From: Paragordius varius | Lineage: Eukaryota > Animalia > Nematomorpha | Direction: 5' to 3' | DNA length: 64,000 nucleotides | NCBI GenBank assembly: GCA_964247055.1 | Contig: OZ176053.1 | Location: 62,001 to 126,000, forward strand | Part shown: in pieces, positions 13,575-26,898 of the stretch | Layout of the letters: each line of letters begins with the position of its first letter | Position numbering within the stretch: the stretch's first letter is position 1 | Made by a program: the position numbers and the translations under genes | The notes under the pieces: model-generated | What the model saw: only the letters and a program-made list of their open reading frames with translations | Told to the model about the DNA's origin: nothing | Database searches by the model: none

Positions 13575-13827
13575 TGATAGATTTGAATGCATCAAGTTAG
13601 CTAACCTTAGAACAAATTTAAATATTAGATTTGAATACCTTTTTGGTAACCTTTTATATTTGTAAACTATTGTATCAATTTTGTATTTAACCTGCACACG
13701 TTATTTTACCTTGGTCTAACATGTAAATATTATATTCACAAAAAGTAAACATCGCAAACTTTATATAGTTTAGTTTTTTGTATTTCTCAATAAATATTAT
13801 TGTTTTACGGTTTCTCGATATACTACA
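13575..13827 (+). repeat. 5' LTR
   Basis: tgatagatt...gatatactaCA, a direct repeat of 17593-17845 with several substitutions and indels. Confidence 0.9.
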
Positions 13828-13829
13828 TT

Positions 13830-13841
13830 TGGCGCGGTCGA
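13830..13841 (+). promoter_or_regulatory. Primer-binding site
   Basis: TGGCGCGGTCGA lies 2 nt after the 5' LTR. It resembles the TGGCGCAGTCGG tRNA-Ser PBS of some gypsy elements; the tRNA identity is inferred. Confidence 0.75.
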
Positions 13842-16800
13842 TTTTTTTACCTCATCACATTCGCGCATGGAGAAATTAAGTCTGGAAGCATATGATCCCG
13901 CAACTAGCTTTAATGATTATATCGATTATATAAATAGAATGTTAAAAGGTAAATTTATTCAAGAAGATGATGAAACAAAAAAAATTATTGGCCTACATCC
14001 GTCTATCCCATATTCCAAAGTTAAAAAAATTTTTTTGTCCCGTACTGTTAGAGGAAGTGGGGTGGGATGCTTTGGTAGCAGCTGGAAAAAAAATATTTGC
14101 TCCGACATACAATGTGTTTGCAGCCAGGTTCCAGTTTACGCAACTCCGGAGGGAAGCCACGGGTGATGAGTTTTTTGATTCGAGTAAAGGAATGTGCCGC
14201 CCGGTGCAACTTTGGGCAAGATGCAATGCTAAGAATCAGAGATGGGTTTGTGGGTTGTTTACAACTCAAAAGATTGGAAATAGATCTGTTCACAAAATTT
14301 CTGATGCAATGTTTGATGGGAAATCGGTTACGTTGGAGATGGTGGTAGAAATGGCAATGGCGTAAGAAAAGGCGGACAGTTGTTTGATTTATCAGGGTCC
14401 CGACAATAGGCAGGTTATGATGATAAGAAAAAAGTGTGGAAAATGTGGATACGTGCATGCGATCAACTGGTGTCCCGCTTCAAACAAGGAGTGTTATCGA
14501 TGCAAAGGACGTGGTCATTTTGGCAGGTGTTGCCGGCGCGTTAATAGACTTCATGGTAACAATAATAATAATGAAGCCCGAACGCAAGCAAGTCTGAATG
14601 GCCATTGGGTGAGGATGTTGTACGATACCGGAGCTCAAATATCATTGATTGGAAAGAGCACGTGGATGGAGATTGGGAGGCCGACCCTAGCTCCCGCGGG
14701 TCCAATAGTTGGGTTCAACCATCAAGGTGTAGAGGTGATGGAACAATGCGTGGTAGATGGGAAATGGAATGGTATGGTCAAACAGTTGGAATGTATGGTT
14801 ATTAGGGGGGATTGGGGTAACACTTTTGGTTTACCGTGAATGAAAAGCTTTCAATGTAGATTTCCAGAGGCTGTATGTGTAAAAAATGTTAGATATGTTG
14901 ATTTAAATAAATTTAAGGATTTGTTTTGTGAGGGTATTGGGTGTTACACGGGACCACCCATCAAGTTGTTTCTCAAAAAAGTGAGCCCCAAAAGATTTGC
15001 AGCCAGGAGGGTACATATCCCGCTGCAGTCTAAGCTGGAGAGTGAATTAAAGAGGCTTGAAAATCTGGGTTTCATAGAATCCATTAACCCCTCTCAAACA
15101 CGAATTGACTGGGTACTCCGTTGGTGATATTTAAAAAGAATGATAATGATATTCGCATATGTGGTGATTTTAGAGTTACTGTTAACCCAAGTCTGGTTCC
15201 TGTCGATCATTTGATTCCTACGTTTGATCAGTTAGTGTTCAAAATCGGGCAGGGAAAAGTTTTTACGACCCTAGATCTTAATGAAGCTTACTGGCAAATG
15301 CCGATACACCAAGATTATTAACATTTACTCACGTTTAGTTCACATATAGGTGTTTTTCGATTTAAGACACTGCCATTTGGAATATCTAGTGCACCCACGA
15401 TATTTCAACAAATTATGGATGAGTTATTAAAATATTGTCCAGGTACGGCGGTTTACTTAGATAATGTAATTGTTAGTGGCGAATGGAGCATAAGGATAAC
15501 TTAGAAAAAGTGTTGAACAAAATAGCTGCTGTGGATTTGAAATTAAAAAAGGATATCCAATTAGCTCGTTCCTCAGTGTCATACTTGAGATATATAATTT
15601 CAGACAAAGGAATTAAACCTGGTAACGAAAAGGTAAAAGCAATTTTTAATTGTCCTACCCCTACCAATAAAACATCACTCCGGTCTTTTTTGGGAATGTT
15701 AAATTTTCACGCTCGTTTTATTCCATCTTTGCATGTTACGATCGCGGATTTACTTGCGCTTACATGTTCTAAGAAATGGTGTTGGTCGACAAAATAAGAT
15801 ATGGTTTTTGATAAAGCTAAACTGTTGGTGAGTAATGCATTATGTCTAATACCGTTTAACCCGAACCTTCCGTTAGTGTTGGAAACAGATGCGAATGACG
15901 GATTCGGAGCAGTCTTATCACACATGACAAGTGAGGGAAAACGGCCGATAGCTTTTGCGTCTCGAAAATGTGCGAAGGCAGAACAACATTTCTCGGTAAT
16001 CGAAAAAGAAGCAAGGGCAATTATATATATACTAGAAATTTAAAATGTTTGTGTATGGCAGAAAGTTCGTATTATTTACCGATCATAAACCCCCTGATCA
16101 AGTTGTTTGGCTTTAGGAGAGACCTGAGTAATATTAACAATAGTAGATTAGTAAGATGGATACTCAGAACAGCCGATTATTTTACTATACAATATATTAA
16201 TGGTTCGGAAAATTTAGCGGATTGGTTATTTCGTCTACCGTATGAAGAACCGACTGAGGAAGTTGAGGAGCAACCCAGGCAAATCAACTTTATAACAACT
16301 GACAACTTAAGCGTACAGCGAATGAAAGAAAATACTTTACGGGATGAGTTTTTGATCACATTAAAAGCGGCTCTACATAATAATGATTGGTCAGCTCCAA
16401 TTTTAAATTCTATATTGAGTATAAGAAACGAAATACAAGAATCATATGGGTTGTTGTATTGGGGCGATCGTCTGTTTATTCCCAGGGCGTTGCGAAATGA
16501 AACGTTCAAATTTTTGCGTGTTGGACATTCGGGGGCTAATGTAATGAAAGAGTCTGCCAAGGCTAGGGTTTATTGGCCAGGTCTAAACCAAGATATTGAA
16601 AGTTATGTGAGATCTTGTATGGGGTGTCAGTTAAACAGGAGTAACATAAAAAGTAATCCAACGTACAAATGGAATTTTAATACGGGTATCTGGGAAAGGA
16701 TACATCTTGATATTGCCGGTCCTATAGATGGGTTGTATTGGTTAGTAGCTATCGATAGTAGCTCCAGATGGGTTGAAGTCGAATTGCTAAGAACTGTTAA

Positions 16801-17592
16801 TTCTGCAAACATATTACATTAGTTAGAAATTTGGTGTGTAAGGTACGGGTTTCCCCGAATGATAGATACCGATAATGCATCATATTTTGCATCGAAGGAT
16901 TTTAAAGATACCTTGCAACGAGCAAACATCAAACATGTCACTAGTGCCCCCTATCATCCACGAACAAATGGGCTGGTGAAACGGGTCATTTACACCTTAA
17001 AAGCACACTATAAATCGCTAACGGATTCTAAGCTGACTCCTGACAAAAAAAATAAATCAAGTGTTATGGGGTAATCGCTCCGCCGTACATAGCGCCACAA
17101 AAGAGTGCCTGTATAACTTATTTCTGAAAAGACATATTAATACCCCCTTTTCTTGGGTTAGGGAAACACCCGCACAACATTTAGAGAACGACATAATACC
17201 CAATCAAGTTTTTAGACCGGAAGTAAAAGTATACATAAAGAATGAAATCAATTCAGGGTGGAGAAAAGGTTCAATTTTGAAGAGAACAGGGGTACTCTCG
17301 TACACGGTTAAAGATGGAAATCGAATCCTTCGCAAGCATGCGGATCAATTACGGCCGACCGGAGTCGAGAACGGCGGAGAGGAGGTTGATAATTTAACGA
17401 TAAACTAAACAGATGAAGGGATTACAACCAATAATCAGGAGGTGGGGAAGGAACCAAGCAAAGAAAAAGAAAACGAGAAAGACACCCAGGTCGAAATAAG
17501 AACGGAAAAGACAACTGAGAAAGAACCTGAAAGGAGATATCCTCTTAGGGAAAGAAAAGCACCAGATCGGCTCGGATTTGGATAAGGAGATA

Positions 17593-17845
17593 TGATAGAT
17601 TAGAATACATCAAGTTAGCTAACCTTAGACGAGACCAATTTATATATTAGATTTGAATACATTTTGATGACCTTTAAACTTTTGTATCAATTTTGTATTT
17701 AACCTGCACACGTTATGCTACCTTGGTTTAACATGTAAATATTATATTCACAAAAAGTATATAAACATTGCAAACTGTATATAGTTTAGATTTTGCATTT
17801 TATCTCAATAAATCTTATTGTGTTACGGTTTCTCGATATACTATA
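17593..17845 (+). repeat. 3' LTR
   Basis: Preceded by the polypurine tract ggataaggaga. The terminal CA is mutated to TA. Confidence 0.9.
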
Positions 17846-18239
17846 CCGGCAAAATCTGTTTCAAATTGTTCAAAGCCAAAACAACCAACATTCCTAACTC
17901 CATCTATCCAAATACTGAAAAGCGGTGGTTTCGGTGACATATGGATATAAATCACAAAAATAGGATAATCTATTAAGACAGTTGCATCAAAATATCTAAT
18001 AATAAAACACATTTTTTGCTTTCCATACAATTCAAATACACCTCTCTCACTCAAAATACTTATTTACAAAAAACTTTTATCATAGACAATATATCTAATT
18101 AATGTTTTATTATCCATCATTAACCCCCAAAAAATGGGGTCACTATATCATACAAAAAAATAAATAATTTAATCATATATAATATATTGAGATATGGTAT
18201 GGTTATTTTTTACAATCTATTTTACGCCATTTTTGTATG

Positions 18240-19400
18240 GCGCATCAGTTTTTAACCGGTAGACCCCTACTTATAAACCTATATAGAAAAAGCGCTAAGT
18301 TAAATTTTTTGCCTTTATAGGTAAAATATTTGGGATCATTTTTGTCGTCTCATGGGTTATTCGAAAAAAATACCTCAACATTAAATAATCGTTATATGAT
18401 GGCGTAAGCATAATGGCCCCAAATTAACAGCTAATGAAAAAAGGCCCGACCTTAATTTTTACCTAGTTACGGGTAATATTTGAACTTTAAATGAGCTCAT
18501 ATGGCATAAGATTTCTTTATATTAGTTCAAAACAACGCAATTTCTATATAGTGACACAGTTTTAGGCGGGTACTTACCAAAAGGCAGATATAAAAAAGCG
18601 TCGGACAAAATTTTTGTCTTAATATGGGGAATATCTGAAATTATAATGTCCATATGTTCGCATACTTAAAAATATTGCTTCAAAACCAAAAAATTGTTCT
18701 ATGGCAGCGAATTTTTCAGGGCCTAAAACTTTTCCATTGAAATAACTCCCTATACTAAAATATTTGTTTTTTTAAGGGGTAATAAATATTTTAGGCCCTT
18801 ATTTAACTCACATAATCTCCTAAGTGTTCTGATTTAACTCCAAAGGCATGCTGTATCGATAAAGTGACGGATTTTTACGCGGGTAGCCCCTTACCCAGAG
18901 CCTATTTAACCGCTAATTTAAAAAATCCGTCGACTTAAAATTTTACCTACGGGTAATATTTCAGGCCCTAATAAAACTTATATGGCCTATTTTCTGAAAA
19001 TTAATCCTAAACAACGCAATTTCGATATTGAACTCATATGGCCTGATAGGTTTTCTGAATTTTAGCCCCAAAAATACGCTATTTCAATATGACGGGTCAG
19101 TTTTTAGCGGGTATCTCCTTACTCAGCAGCTATCATCAAAGAAACGCTTGACTAAAATTTTTGACTTTTAACAGGTAATACGTGGACTAATTTTTTTGAA
19201 AAAAATGGAATTTTACGGGGGGATCGGATAAAAAGAGGGCTAAATTTAAAAAGCGAGCCGACTATGTTTGGCGCAATCAAAAATAAGCTAAAAAATCATA
19301 TTTGAAATCGAATGGTCCAAGACGTTTTAGGTAAAAATTGTCTCAAAATCACGATTTCTCTATGAAAGAGAAAATTAAATTAAAAGGTGATATATATTAA
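18240..19400. repeat. Dispersed repeat family with internal tandem subrepeats, copy 2
   Basis: Same subrepeat as 2880-3790 at about 18465, 18775, 18950 and 19035. 19185-19360 aligns closely with 41940-42120. Confidence 0.7.
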
Positions 19401-20150
19401 GGTTTTCATAGGTTTTCCAAAATGTTGTTTCGAGGCCAAGTTAGGATGAGAGTGTGTTTAACATAGGAAAAGGCTCTAACCAGATGTTAATTTTATCTTT
19501 ATGGGAAAAACTTAAAATTATTATTGAATTCATCCATACAATCTCATAAGTTTTCTAAGCTTCCTCTGTTGACGTATTTTACAGGGCCTAAATTAACATA
19601 GCTACTAAATATAAAAAATCACTGGATTAATTTTTTTCTTTTAACAAAAAATACCTAAAATATTAATATTTGATATGAGCAGAGTCATTTATATATGATA
19701 GACGTATTTAAGATAGAGTGAGGCCCTCCTAATAGGTTTCCTTAGGAAAACCTTAAGTGTGTTTGTCTATTAATTCGGGGGCAATATAAATATAAGAATA
19801 TTTCTAACTTAATACTGGTATATCTAATACCACTAATGATTTTATATAGTCAAATTTGCTCGAAGGATCGCTGTATGCCTATTATTTCCAATTAAATGGG
19901 AGAAAGGGCTAAATATAGGTACTAATTAAAAAATAGAGCCGACTATCGGCACAAAACATGTTTTTTAATATTGATTGTGAATGGGAGGGTACATTCTCCC
20001 TAAAATTTTATCAACACAATTTTTGTGAAGTTTTTTTTCTTTTTAAAAGGGGTGAGGCGAATAAATTTCACCACTATTAGGTTCGAATGGGCCTATATTT
20101 TCTTATATTTATTCAATTAAAGCTTAGATTAGGGAATTTTGTTTTTTTAT

Positions 20151-20193
<43 letters not shown>

Positions 20194-21795
20194 TGTATAA
20201 TTAAGTCATTGCTAGAGTTATTTATTGATGCCAAATAGCATATGCAGAAAAGAGAATTATTATTGGCTAATTATAGTAAAAAGCGAAAAGAATAACTATA
20301 AGCCAATAATAGTGCCCTTTGTTGTTTATGCTATTTGGCAATAACCAATAACTTTCTAGCAATGTATACTTACTCACACTATAATATATATTAATGCATA
20401 AAATGACTGATTATGCACGCGTAATTCCGTATATTAGTGGTCAGTAAAAAACTTCACTTTAGATCAATGGTGACCCACTTGCGGCTAACAACAAATTATT
20501 TGAAAAATAACCTAATATAACGTAGATATCAAAATATTTAAAAATATTACCAAAATCCTAATTTAATTGATATTTCAAAAAACTTCATCAAAGAAAATAT
20601 TTACATGTGCCCATATATTTTTCGAATACCTGCCAGGTTTTTTGTGGTAAAAAGGCGGGTCGCGAAGTCATTTGTATTAGACAACTGTGTTCTTGATAAT
20701 ATTCCAACGTGCCATTCGTTAAACACACCCTTTAGCAAAAGTGAATAAAAATATATATTAAAGCGATTTTGTCAAGCGATCTCATTACATATTTATTTTT
20801 TACGATTGGAGTTGAAAAAATAATAAAATGATGTTTAATATGACCCACAGTTCTATTTGTGTTGGACAGACTAGGCTGGTTTGTAGAATCGTTAAATTTA
20901 GTTAATATTCAAAAGATTGAAGTAGTTTCTAATTTCTCTTTGGGCTAAATTCCGATGATATTATATTAACTCAAATCTTCTAATAACCTAAAGTAAATAC
21001 TAGGTTTTATTATCAATACTGTTATGGAGTTTGTGTATGCATATAATAACTTTCAACCACACACCCATTACCTAAGATAAATGGATAATGTATAATTTAA
21101 AAATTCTATAACCCTTTTGATTTTATTTCTTATTATTTTCCCCTGATACAATGCTATAAAAACAGGAATAAATATTTTGCCAAAGGGTTCGTCATTAGTA
21201 ATCTACATTATACATTTGACTTGGAGTATTATCTCCAAATCGTTATATGTATACCATTTACAGTTCAATTTCACCCTCGAACAATTCAAATTTACCCTTG
21301 AACAATTCAAATCCAAAATAAAATAATTTATGTGTTTTTGGGCTAACATAACCCATCATTTATATGAAATATATTATTAAAACATAGTTAAGTATATTAA
21401 TTTTAAGCAGAATTTCGTATTTTAAAAAGATTTATTGTGGAATTTATCACAACAAAAAAAATACAATAGAAGGCTACTAGTTATAAGAAAAAATGTTTAA
21501 ACATGAACATTCACCAAAAAAGTTTGTTTTAGAGAGGTAAATTAGCTAGAAATACACTCACAAGATTCATAAATTACTGTATATTCTTGAACTAATCCTA
21601 ACATTTCCTTATACGAGTGGACAACAAACTCTATAATAATAAAAAAAGCAAAATAAATTTAAGTGTAATTGATTGTGTGTGGATTAATGTTTTTATGTTA
21701 GAGAAACTATGTAATCCAATTACATAATCAGTATCAATTTTACCAATTTTTTATTACATAAGAGGGTTTTTGCGATTGATTGAGGTATTAAAAGG

Positions 21796-21801
21796 TATAA
21801 A
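21796..21801 (+). promoter_or_regulatory. TATA box of peptide gene 1
   Basis: ggTATAAAtggcc, 117 nt upstream of the ATG. The same context (ggTATAAAtagcc, 26793) lies 106 nt upstream of the paralog's ATG. Confidence 0.6.
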
Positions 21802-21912
21802 TGGCCGATATTTTTCAACATATTTATTCATAATTTTTTTACATCAATTATTCCAATAATTTCTTCTATTCACTCCCAAACTCTCTCTCTCTCTCTTAGT
21901 TCAAATCATACC

Positions 21913-22418
21913 ATGGCATCATCTCAAATCTTCAATATTCTTGCCCTTTTGGTAAAATTATATTATTTCTTTATTTATATAAAAATTAAAATACAGACCA
22001 ATTATAAATTAAAAGTCAATTCTTTAATTTTTATATTTAGAGAGTGTATCACTATTTTTCACCTAAACCAATAATGGTTTATATTTAAAAATTTACTGTA
22101 TTTTTAAGGATATTTGCCTTACGGTTTTGACGTTACATCCTTGTTTCAATATTTAATGCAAAGTGTCTCATATATATATATATATATATATATATTTTAC
22201 TCTTAAATTAATTCATATAGGTTATAGCAACGATATGCTTGGTTTCTCAAGGTGAAGCTCGATTTTTACCAGGACGGTTTCCATTTAGACCCGGTTTCCC
22301 CGGATTTGGTTTCAGACCCGGTTTCCCAGGCTTTGGCTTTCCCGGTTTCGGGGGTCCTGGCTTCGGTTTTCCCGGAATTGGCGGATTTCCATTCTTTAAA
22401 CCACCGTTTTTTGGATAA
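21913..22418 (+). CDS. Secreted Phe/Pro/Gly-rich cationic peptide 1 (exons 21913-21951, 22221-22418; 78 aa)
   Basis: MASSQIFNILALL|VIATICLVSQGEA-RFLPGRFPFRPGFPGFGFRPGFPGFGFPGFGGPGFGFPGIGGFPFFKPPFFG*. GT-AG phase-0 intron inside the signal peptide, intact frame, and a paralog with the same structure. Confidence 0.85.
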
Positions 22419-22606
22419 ACCATTTTTACTCATACAATAATATGTATACTCACACAGCAAAATTTATTCTTATCTTTATTTTCAAATATGTGTGTATTTT
22501 ACATCAATAAATTAATTGATTTTTTATATCGTATGTAGTTTAAGAGAGTCTTTGCTAAATAAAAGTGAAAAATATTTTAGGATTAGCATATAAGTGTCAA
22601 GGAATC

Positions 22607-22838
22607 AGAGGCGTATCTTGCAGCATGGCGCCCCCCCCCCTCCATCCAATCCCTTGCATTTTAAAAAATTATCGAATTCAAACCGTATTCATAAATGGGT
22701 GATTTTGTAATGTATTATTTAAAATAACGTTCAAATACCTATTCATTTGAAATAAAATTTAAAATTTTTAAATCCGACGCCCATTCAACTATGGCGCTTG
22801 GTGCATTAGACCTCCTCACCCCCCAGCTATGCAACTGC
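22607..22838. mobile_element. Short non-autonomous element (AGGCGTAGCT-type ends)
   Basis: Begins cagaggcgtatct and ends agctatgcaactg. Homologous to 1262-1488. Confidence 0.6.
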
Positions 22839-22955
22839 AAGAAATTCCCCTTTATCTGGATAAAAAATTATCCCTTGATTTTGACATTACGAAAGGCGGT
22901 AATTTTTTAATAATGTTAATTATCAATTACAAATTATATATTGTTTCTAAATTAT

Positions 22956-23012
<57 letters not shown>
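22956..23012. repeat. Compound (CA)n(TA)n microsatellite
   Basis: Read directly from the sequence; it lies about 30 bp from the LINE 3' tail. Confidence 0.95.
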
Positions 23013-23016
<4 letters not shown>

Positions 23017-23043
23017 TTAAATGAATAAAATTTAAACATTGGC

Positions 23044-26020
23044 TTGTTGTTGTTGCTAAGGTCAATTCCGACTAACTGCAACATTGAAGATTTAGCTTCT
23101 CTATTCACTGCGATTACCAGATCTGGTGTTTAGTTCGGATAATGATTGGTTGGTTTCTTTGAGGATGTTAGCTATCCTACGAGTTCGTCTTCTCCCTCTT
23201 TTACACGCACCACTCACTTTTCCCAGCATCAGTGGTTTTTCAAGTGAGTTGGCTCTCATAATGTGCCCCAAAAAGAAGAGTTTTTGCCGTATTAATCTGC
23301 CTAGAAGTGGCATTTCTGGGTTAATTATATTTAGAATAGTGATGTTTGAAACTTTGTCTGTCCATTTTATTTGGAGAAGTTTTCTCCAAACCCATAATTC
23401 GAAAGGATTTATTTGACGTTCGTCATATTTTTTCAGTTTCCAGCTTTCCCCCCATACATGAATGTGGGAAAAACTGTAGCCTTGATTAATCTGATTTTAT
23501 TTTTAGTTTAATGTCATGCGACATACAAATCTTGTTATATTTGAATGGGACTGCTTTAGCGATAGCAATTCTTCGCTTTATTTCTGGCGTAGAGTTGTTT
23601 TTTGTTAATAATGCTACCCAAGTACGTGTAACTGCTTACTGTTTCGATCAGGTTGCCGTTGAGGATTATTGGATTAGTTTAAGCCGGGTTTATTTGCATG
23701 ACTTTTGTTTTTTAAAATTGATATTTAATCCAAATTTATTGCATTCATTAAAAAAATTAAGCTGAAATGCGTACAAATATAAAAAATATATATTTTAATT
23801 TTCAACTTTTATAGTAAAGTCTTTATCGAAAATATATTTTTTATATTTGTAGGCATTTCAGCTTATAAATTTCATAAATACAATGCGTAATTCTCTCAAC
23901 TTTATTGCATTCAGTTGTAAACACTTGCCAGGCTTGCGATAATGTGTCTACACTGTCTGCGAATAAGACTGTATCATCCACGTAGTGAACGGATGTAAGT
24001 AGGCTTCCACCGACATTAATGCCATAAGTTTCTGAGATGTTTCTTATTATGCATTCGTATGCGTTAAAAAGAATTGGGGATAGAACACATCTTTGGCGTA
24101 GGCCGACTTGTACCTTACATGAATCAGACATACCGTAAGGTGTAGATATTACAGTGGAATTTAAGTAAATTGAGAATATGACGTTGATTTGATGTGTTGA
24201 TACTCCAAGTTGTTTTAGAGCTTTCCGTAGTTTATTGTGCTGGATGGAATCAAATGCTTTGGAAAAATCGACAAAGCACATATGTAATTCTTTGTTAAAT
24301 TCGATGTGTTTCTCGATTATCCACCTCATATTACATATCATATCTCGGCATCCTCTACCTTTTCGAAAACCAGCCTGAATCGTGGATATCTCGGGGTCAA
24401 GAATGGTATTTAGTCGAAACTGTATTATTTTTAGGAAAACTTTGGACACCTGGTTTATGAGCGCTATGGTGCGATAGTTGTCGCACAGTTCTGGGTTACC
24501 CTTTTTTAAAATAGGAATCTTAATGGATGTGCACCAATCCTCAGGAATTTTTTCCATCTCAAATATGGTTTGAAATAATTTGGTAAGTATATCGATTGGA
24601 ATATATTTTAATATTTCAGTAGGGATATCTCTGTGCCCCTCTGATTTGCCGGTACTAGAGTGTTTTATCGCGAGTTCCACTACTTCTTTCATAATAGGTG
24701 TTTGTTGAGTAAGTTCGTTAATAGTCTGAGGGTTATTTACGTTGTATAGTTTACTTATGTGTTTGCGCCATAGTTTTAGAATTTCGTCTTTTTCAGTGAC
24801 GATTGAGTTGTTGTCGTTTCTCATAGGTCCCTTGTAAAATTTTTTTGTGTGGAATAATATTATTTGCATGGGCAAAAAGGTTTCGGTTATTTTTGACGTC
24901 TGTTTCTAATTTTTCACACAGTTGGTCATAATACTTATTTTTGTCCTCTCTTGCACTCTTCTGAAATTCACTGTTTAGTTGTTTGTATTCATCCCATTTG
25001 CATATGATTTTGGATACTTTACGTTTTTCTGCGATCTCGAGACTTTTGGTTGACAATTTTATTCTTTGTTTAGTACGTTTGAGAGGCTGTGTAAATTCGT
25101 CGGCTGTGTGTCTGCAGATTGTATATATATAGCTTTCCAAAAGTAGTTTATATCCTGATAGTTTTCGGAATTATGATCAAGACAATCGAAACGATTTGAT
25201 AAAGCGGTGCTAAACATGTCGTCGATTGTATCATAATCTAATCTTGTTCTTGTGGGTTTGGATGTTTTAGGCAGTTGTAATTTAATGCGGAGTTTGGCGA
25301 TCAATAGGTTGTGGTCGCTGTAGCAATCCGATCCTGGTAGGCATTTGACATTATGAAATAAACTTTTGTATTTTACCATACCTAATATGAAGTCAATTTG
25401 GTTACGGTATCTTTGACACGGGGAACGCCATGTGTATAGACGTCGTTTGGGCTGTTTAAAAAAGGTGTTTGCGACGAAGAAACGATGTTTAGCACAAAAT
25501 TCAATTAATCTGTCTCCTCTCTCGTTTTTTATGCCCAAGCCGCCCGTCATAGGAGGTGTTTTGTGTGTTCCGGTGATTGAATTGAAGTCGCCTAAGATAA
25601 ATATAATATCCTTTTTTGAGGTTTGAGAAATCGCCAAGTCGAGATCGCTGTAAAATTTTTCACAGTCGTCATCGCTGTAAGAGGAGATAGGGGCGTAAAT
25701 TTGAAAGATAGTAATGGGTTGAGGGGTTGCTTGTATGCGGATTGCAATTATATGTTCATTGATTGGATTAAAAATGTCCGATAAGTTAGCTAGCTTTTTG
25801 TTCATTATTATACCGACACCGTTGTATTTTAACGAGTCGTGGCCGGAATAATACAGAATATGATTGTCAACTTCTAAAGTTCCAGTAGAGGGAATGTGTG
25901 AGTATGTCAATTTTATACATAGTCATTTCGTTAACGACTATATCTAGTTTGTGATTGTTGTAGGCTCCACGTAAAGTTCCACGTGGCGATGCGGATACTG
26001 AGATTACGTGATTTCAACAT
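23044..26020 (-). mobile_element. Near full-length RTE/BovB-type LINE (APE endonuclease plus RT), decayed
   Basis: Starts MLKSRNLSIRIATWN (ATG 26020). Endonuclease motifs GVG, IFQIYAP, ILGDFN, NQIDFIL, SDHNLL; RT motifs QAGFRKGRG, FVDFSKAFDSI, LSPILFN, YVDD; C-terminus FLGHIMRANSLEKPLMLGKV; (CAA)n tail at 23044-23056. Frameshifts between the ORF-track pieces. Confidence 0.93.
23736..23887. mobile_element. Palindromic MITE of about 150 bp nested in the LINE
   Basis: aagctgaaatgc.tacaaatataaaaaatatat / atatattttttatatttgtaggcatttcagctt interrupts the RT frame between ERIT and GLNINFKKTKVM. Confidence 0.7.
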
Positions 26021-26898
26021 TAGCAGAATGTGCTTAGAATGGAAGAATATGATGAGAAATATGTTATGGATTTGTATGGAATATAATCTAACTATTTCTA
26101 ATATTCAGAGAAGGTATAAAATTAATGTTTTTGGTAAAAAAGATCGATAAGAGATGGGTAGGTATACCGTACTTTTCCCTTCGATGCCAGATAATTATTA
26201 ACGTATACCCACCCATGTCAAATACTTTTTTTCTTTTCAGTGCAACTGTCGTAAAATATATAGAGCGGACATATTGAATATTTTTAACATATAATGCCCA
26301 CTGACCTGACATTAAGAGGGTAGTTACGAGTTCATATCACAGTAAATACTATAAGTCCAAGAATTTCTTTTAAATCCAAATGGTATTTTATATTTTTCGA
26401 AAATAAAACCTTGGTGATATCATTTTTCATATATTAAGACGATATTGAGGTATCTGCAGATCATCGACATATTCACATGCAATCAATTATTGATACTACA
26501 AATTCAATTTTTTTAATCATACCAATCGGATTGAAAAATAAATAAAATTTAGAAGTATTTAATAAAATAAAATACGTGTGTATGTTGTAAATTGAAAAAA
26601 ATCTTAATACATAGCAGGTTTATTATTAATTCAATCTTAGTATCGCAGTTGGTACTGCCGTGTTTTGTATATTTAATGCCATAAAAATAAAATATTTATA
26701 AAAATGTTATTTTTATTAGGATTACGAATGTAAAAAAATATTATTATATTAGACAATTAGGGTTAATGAATGATGTGTCTTTAAATAAATGGTATAAATA
26801 GCCAAATAAATCTTCAAAATTAATTTTAATATTTTTTCTCATTCGCTTCTTTTGGAATTATCTACGTTACCTTTCAAACCTTTTGCAAAAATTATATC

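Larger units (their letters stand above)
13575..17845 (+). mobile_element. Ty3/Gypsy LTR retrotransposon (Mag/K02A2.6-like), two LTRs, decayed gag-pol
   Basis: Gag from 13867 with double zinc knuckle CGKCGYVHAINWCPASNKECYRCKGRGHFGRCC; protease YDTGA; RT (ICGDFRVTVN, LDLNEAYWQ, LPFG, YLDN in place of YLDD); RNase H (ETDANDGFGAVL); integrase (H..C..C, IHLDIAGP, PYHPRTNG). Order is PR-RT-RH-IN. Multiple frameshifts and stops. Confidence 0.95.

Noticed and set aside
13993-16812. Antisense and overlapping ORFs within the Gypsy element (e.g. 14048-14458, 16177-16560)
   Set aside because: Shadows of the GC-richer gag-pol sequence with no recognisable motifs.
17846-17950. ILKSGGFGDIW resembling a kinase glycine loop
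   Set aside because: It is followed immediately by a stop, with no other kinase subdomains or convincing splice sites. Another frame weakly resembles a LINE RT remnant.
22252-22460. ORF-track ORFs 22252-22440 (+) and 22266-22460 (-)
   Set aside because: Alternative frames of the F/P/G-rich exon. The frame starting at the 22221 acceptor completes a signal peptide and matches the paralog.
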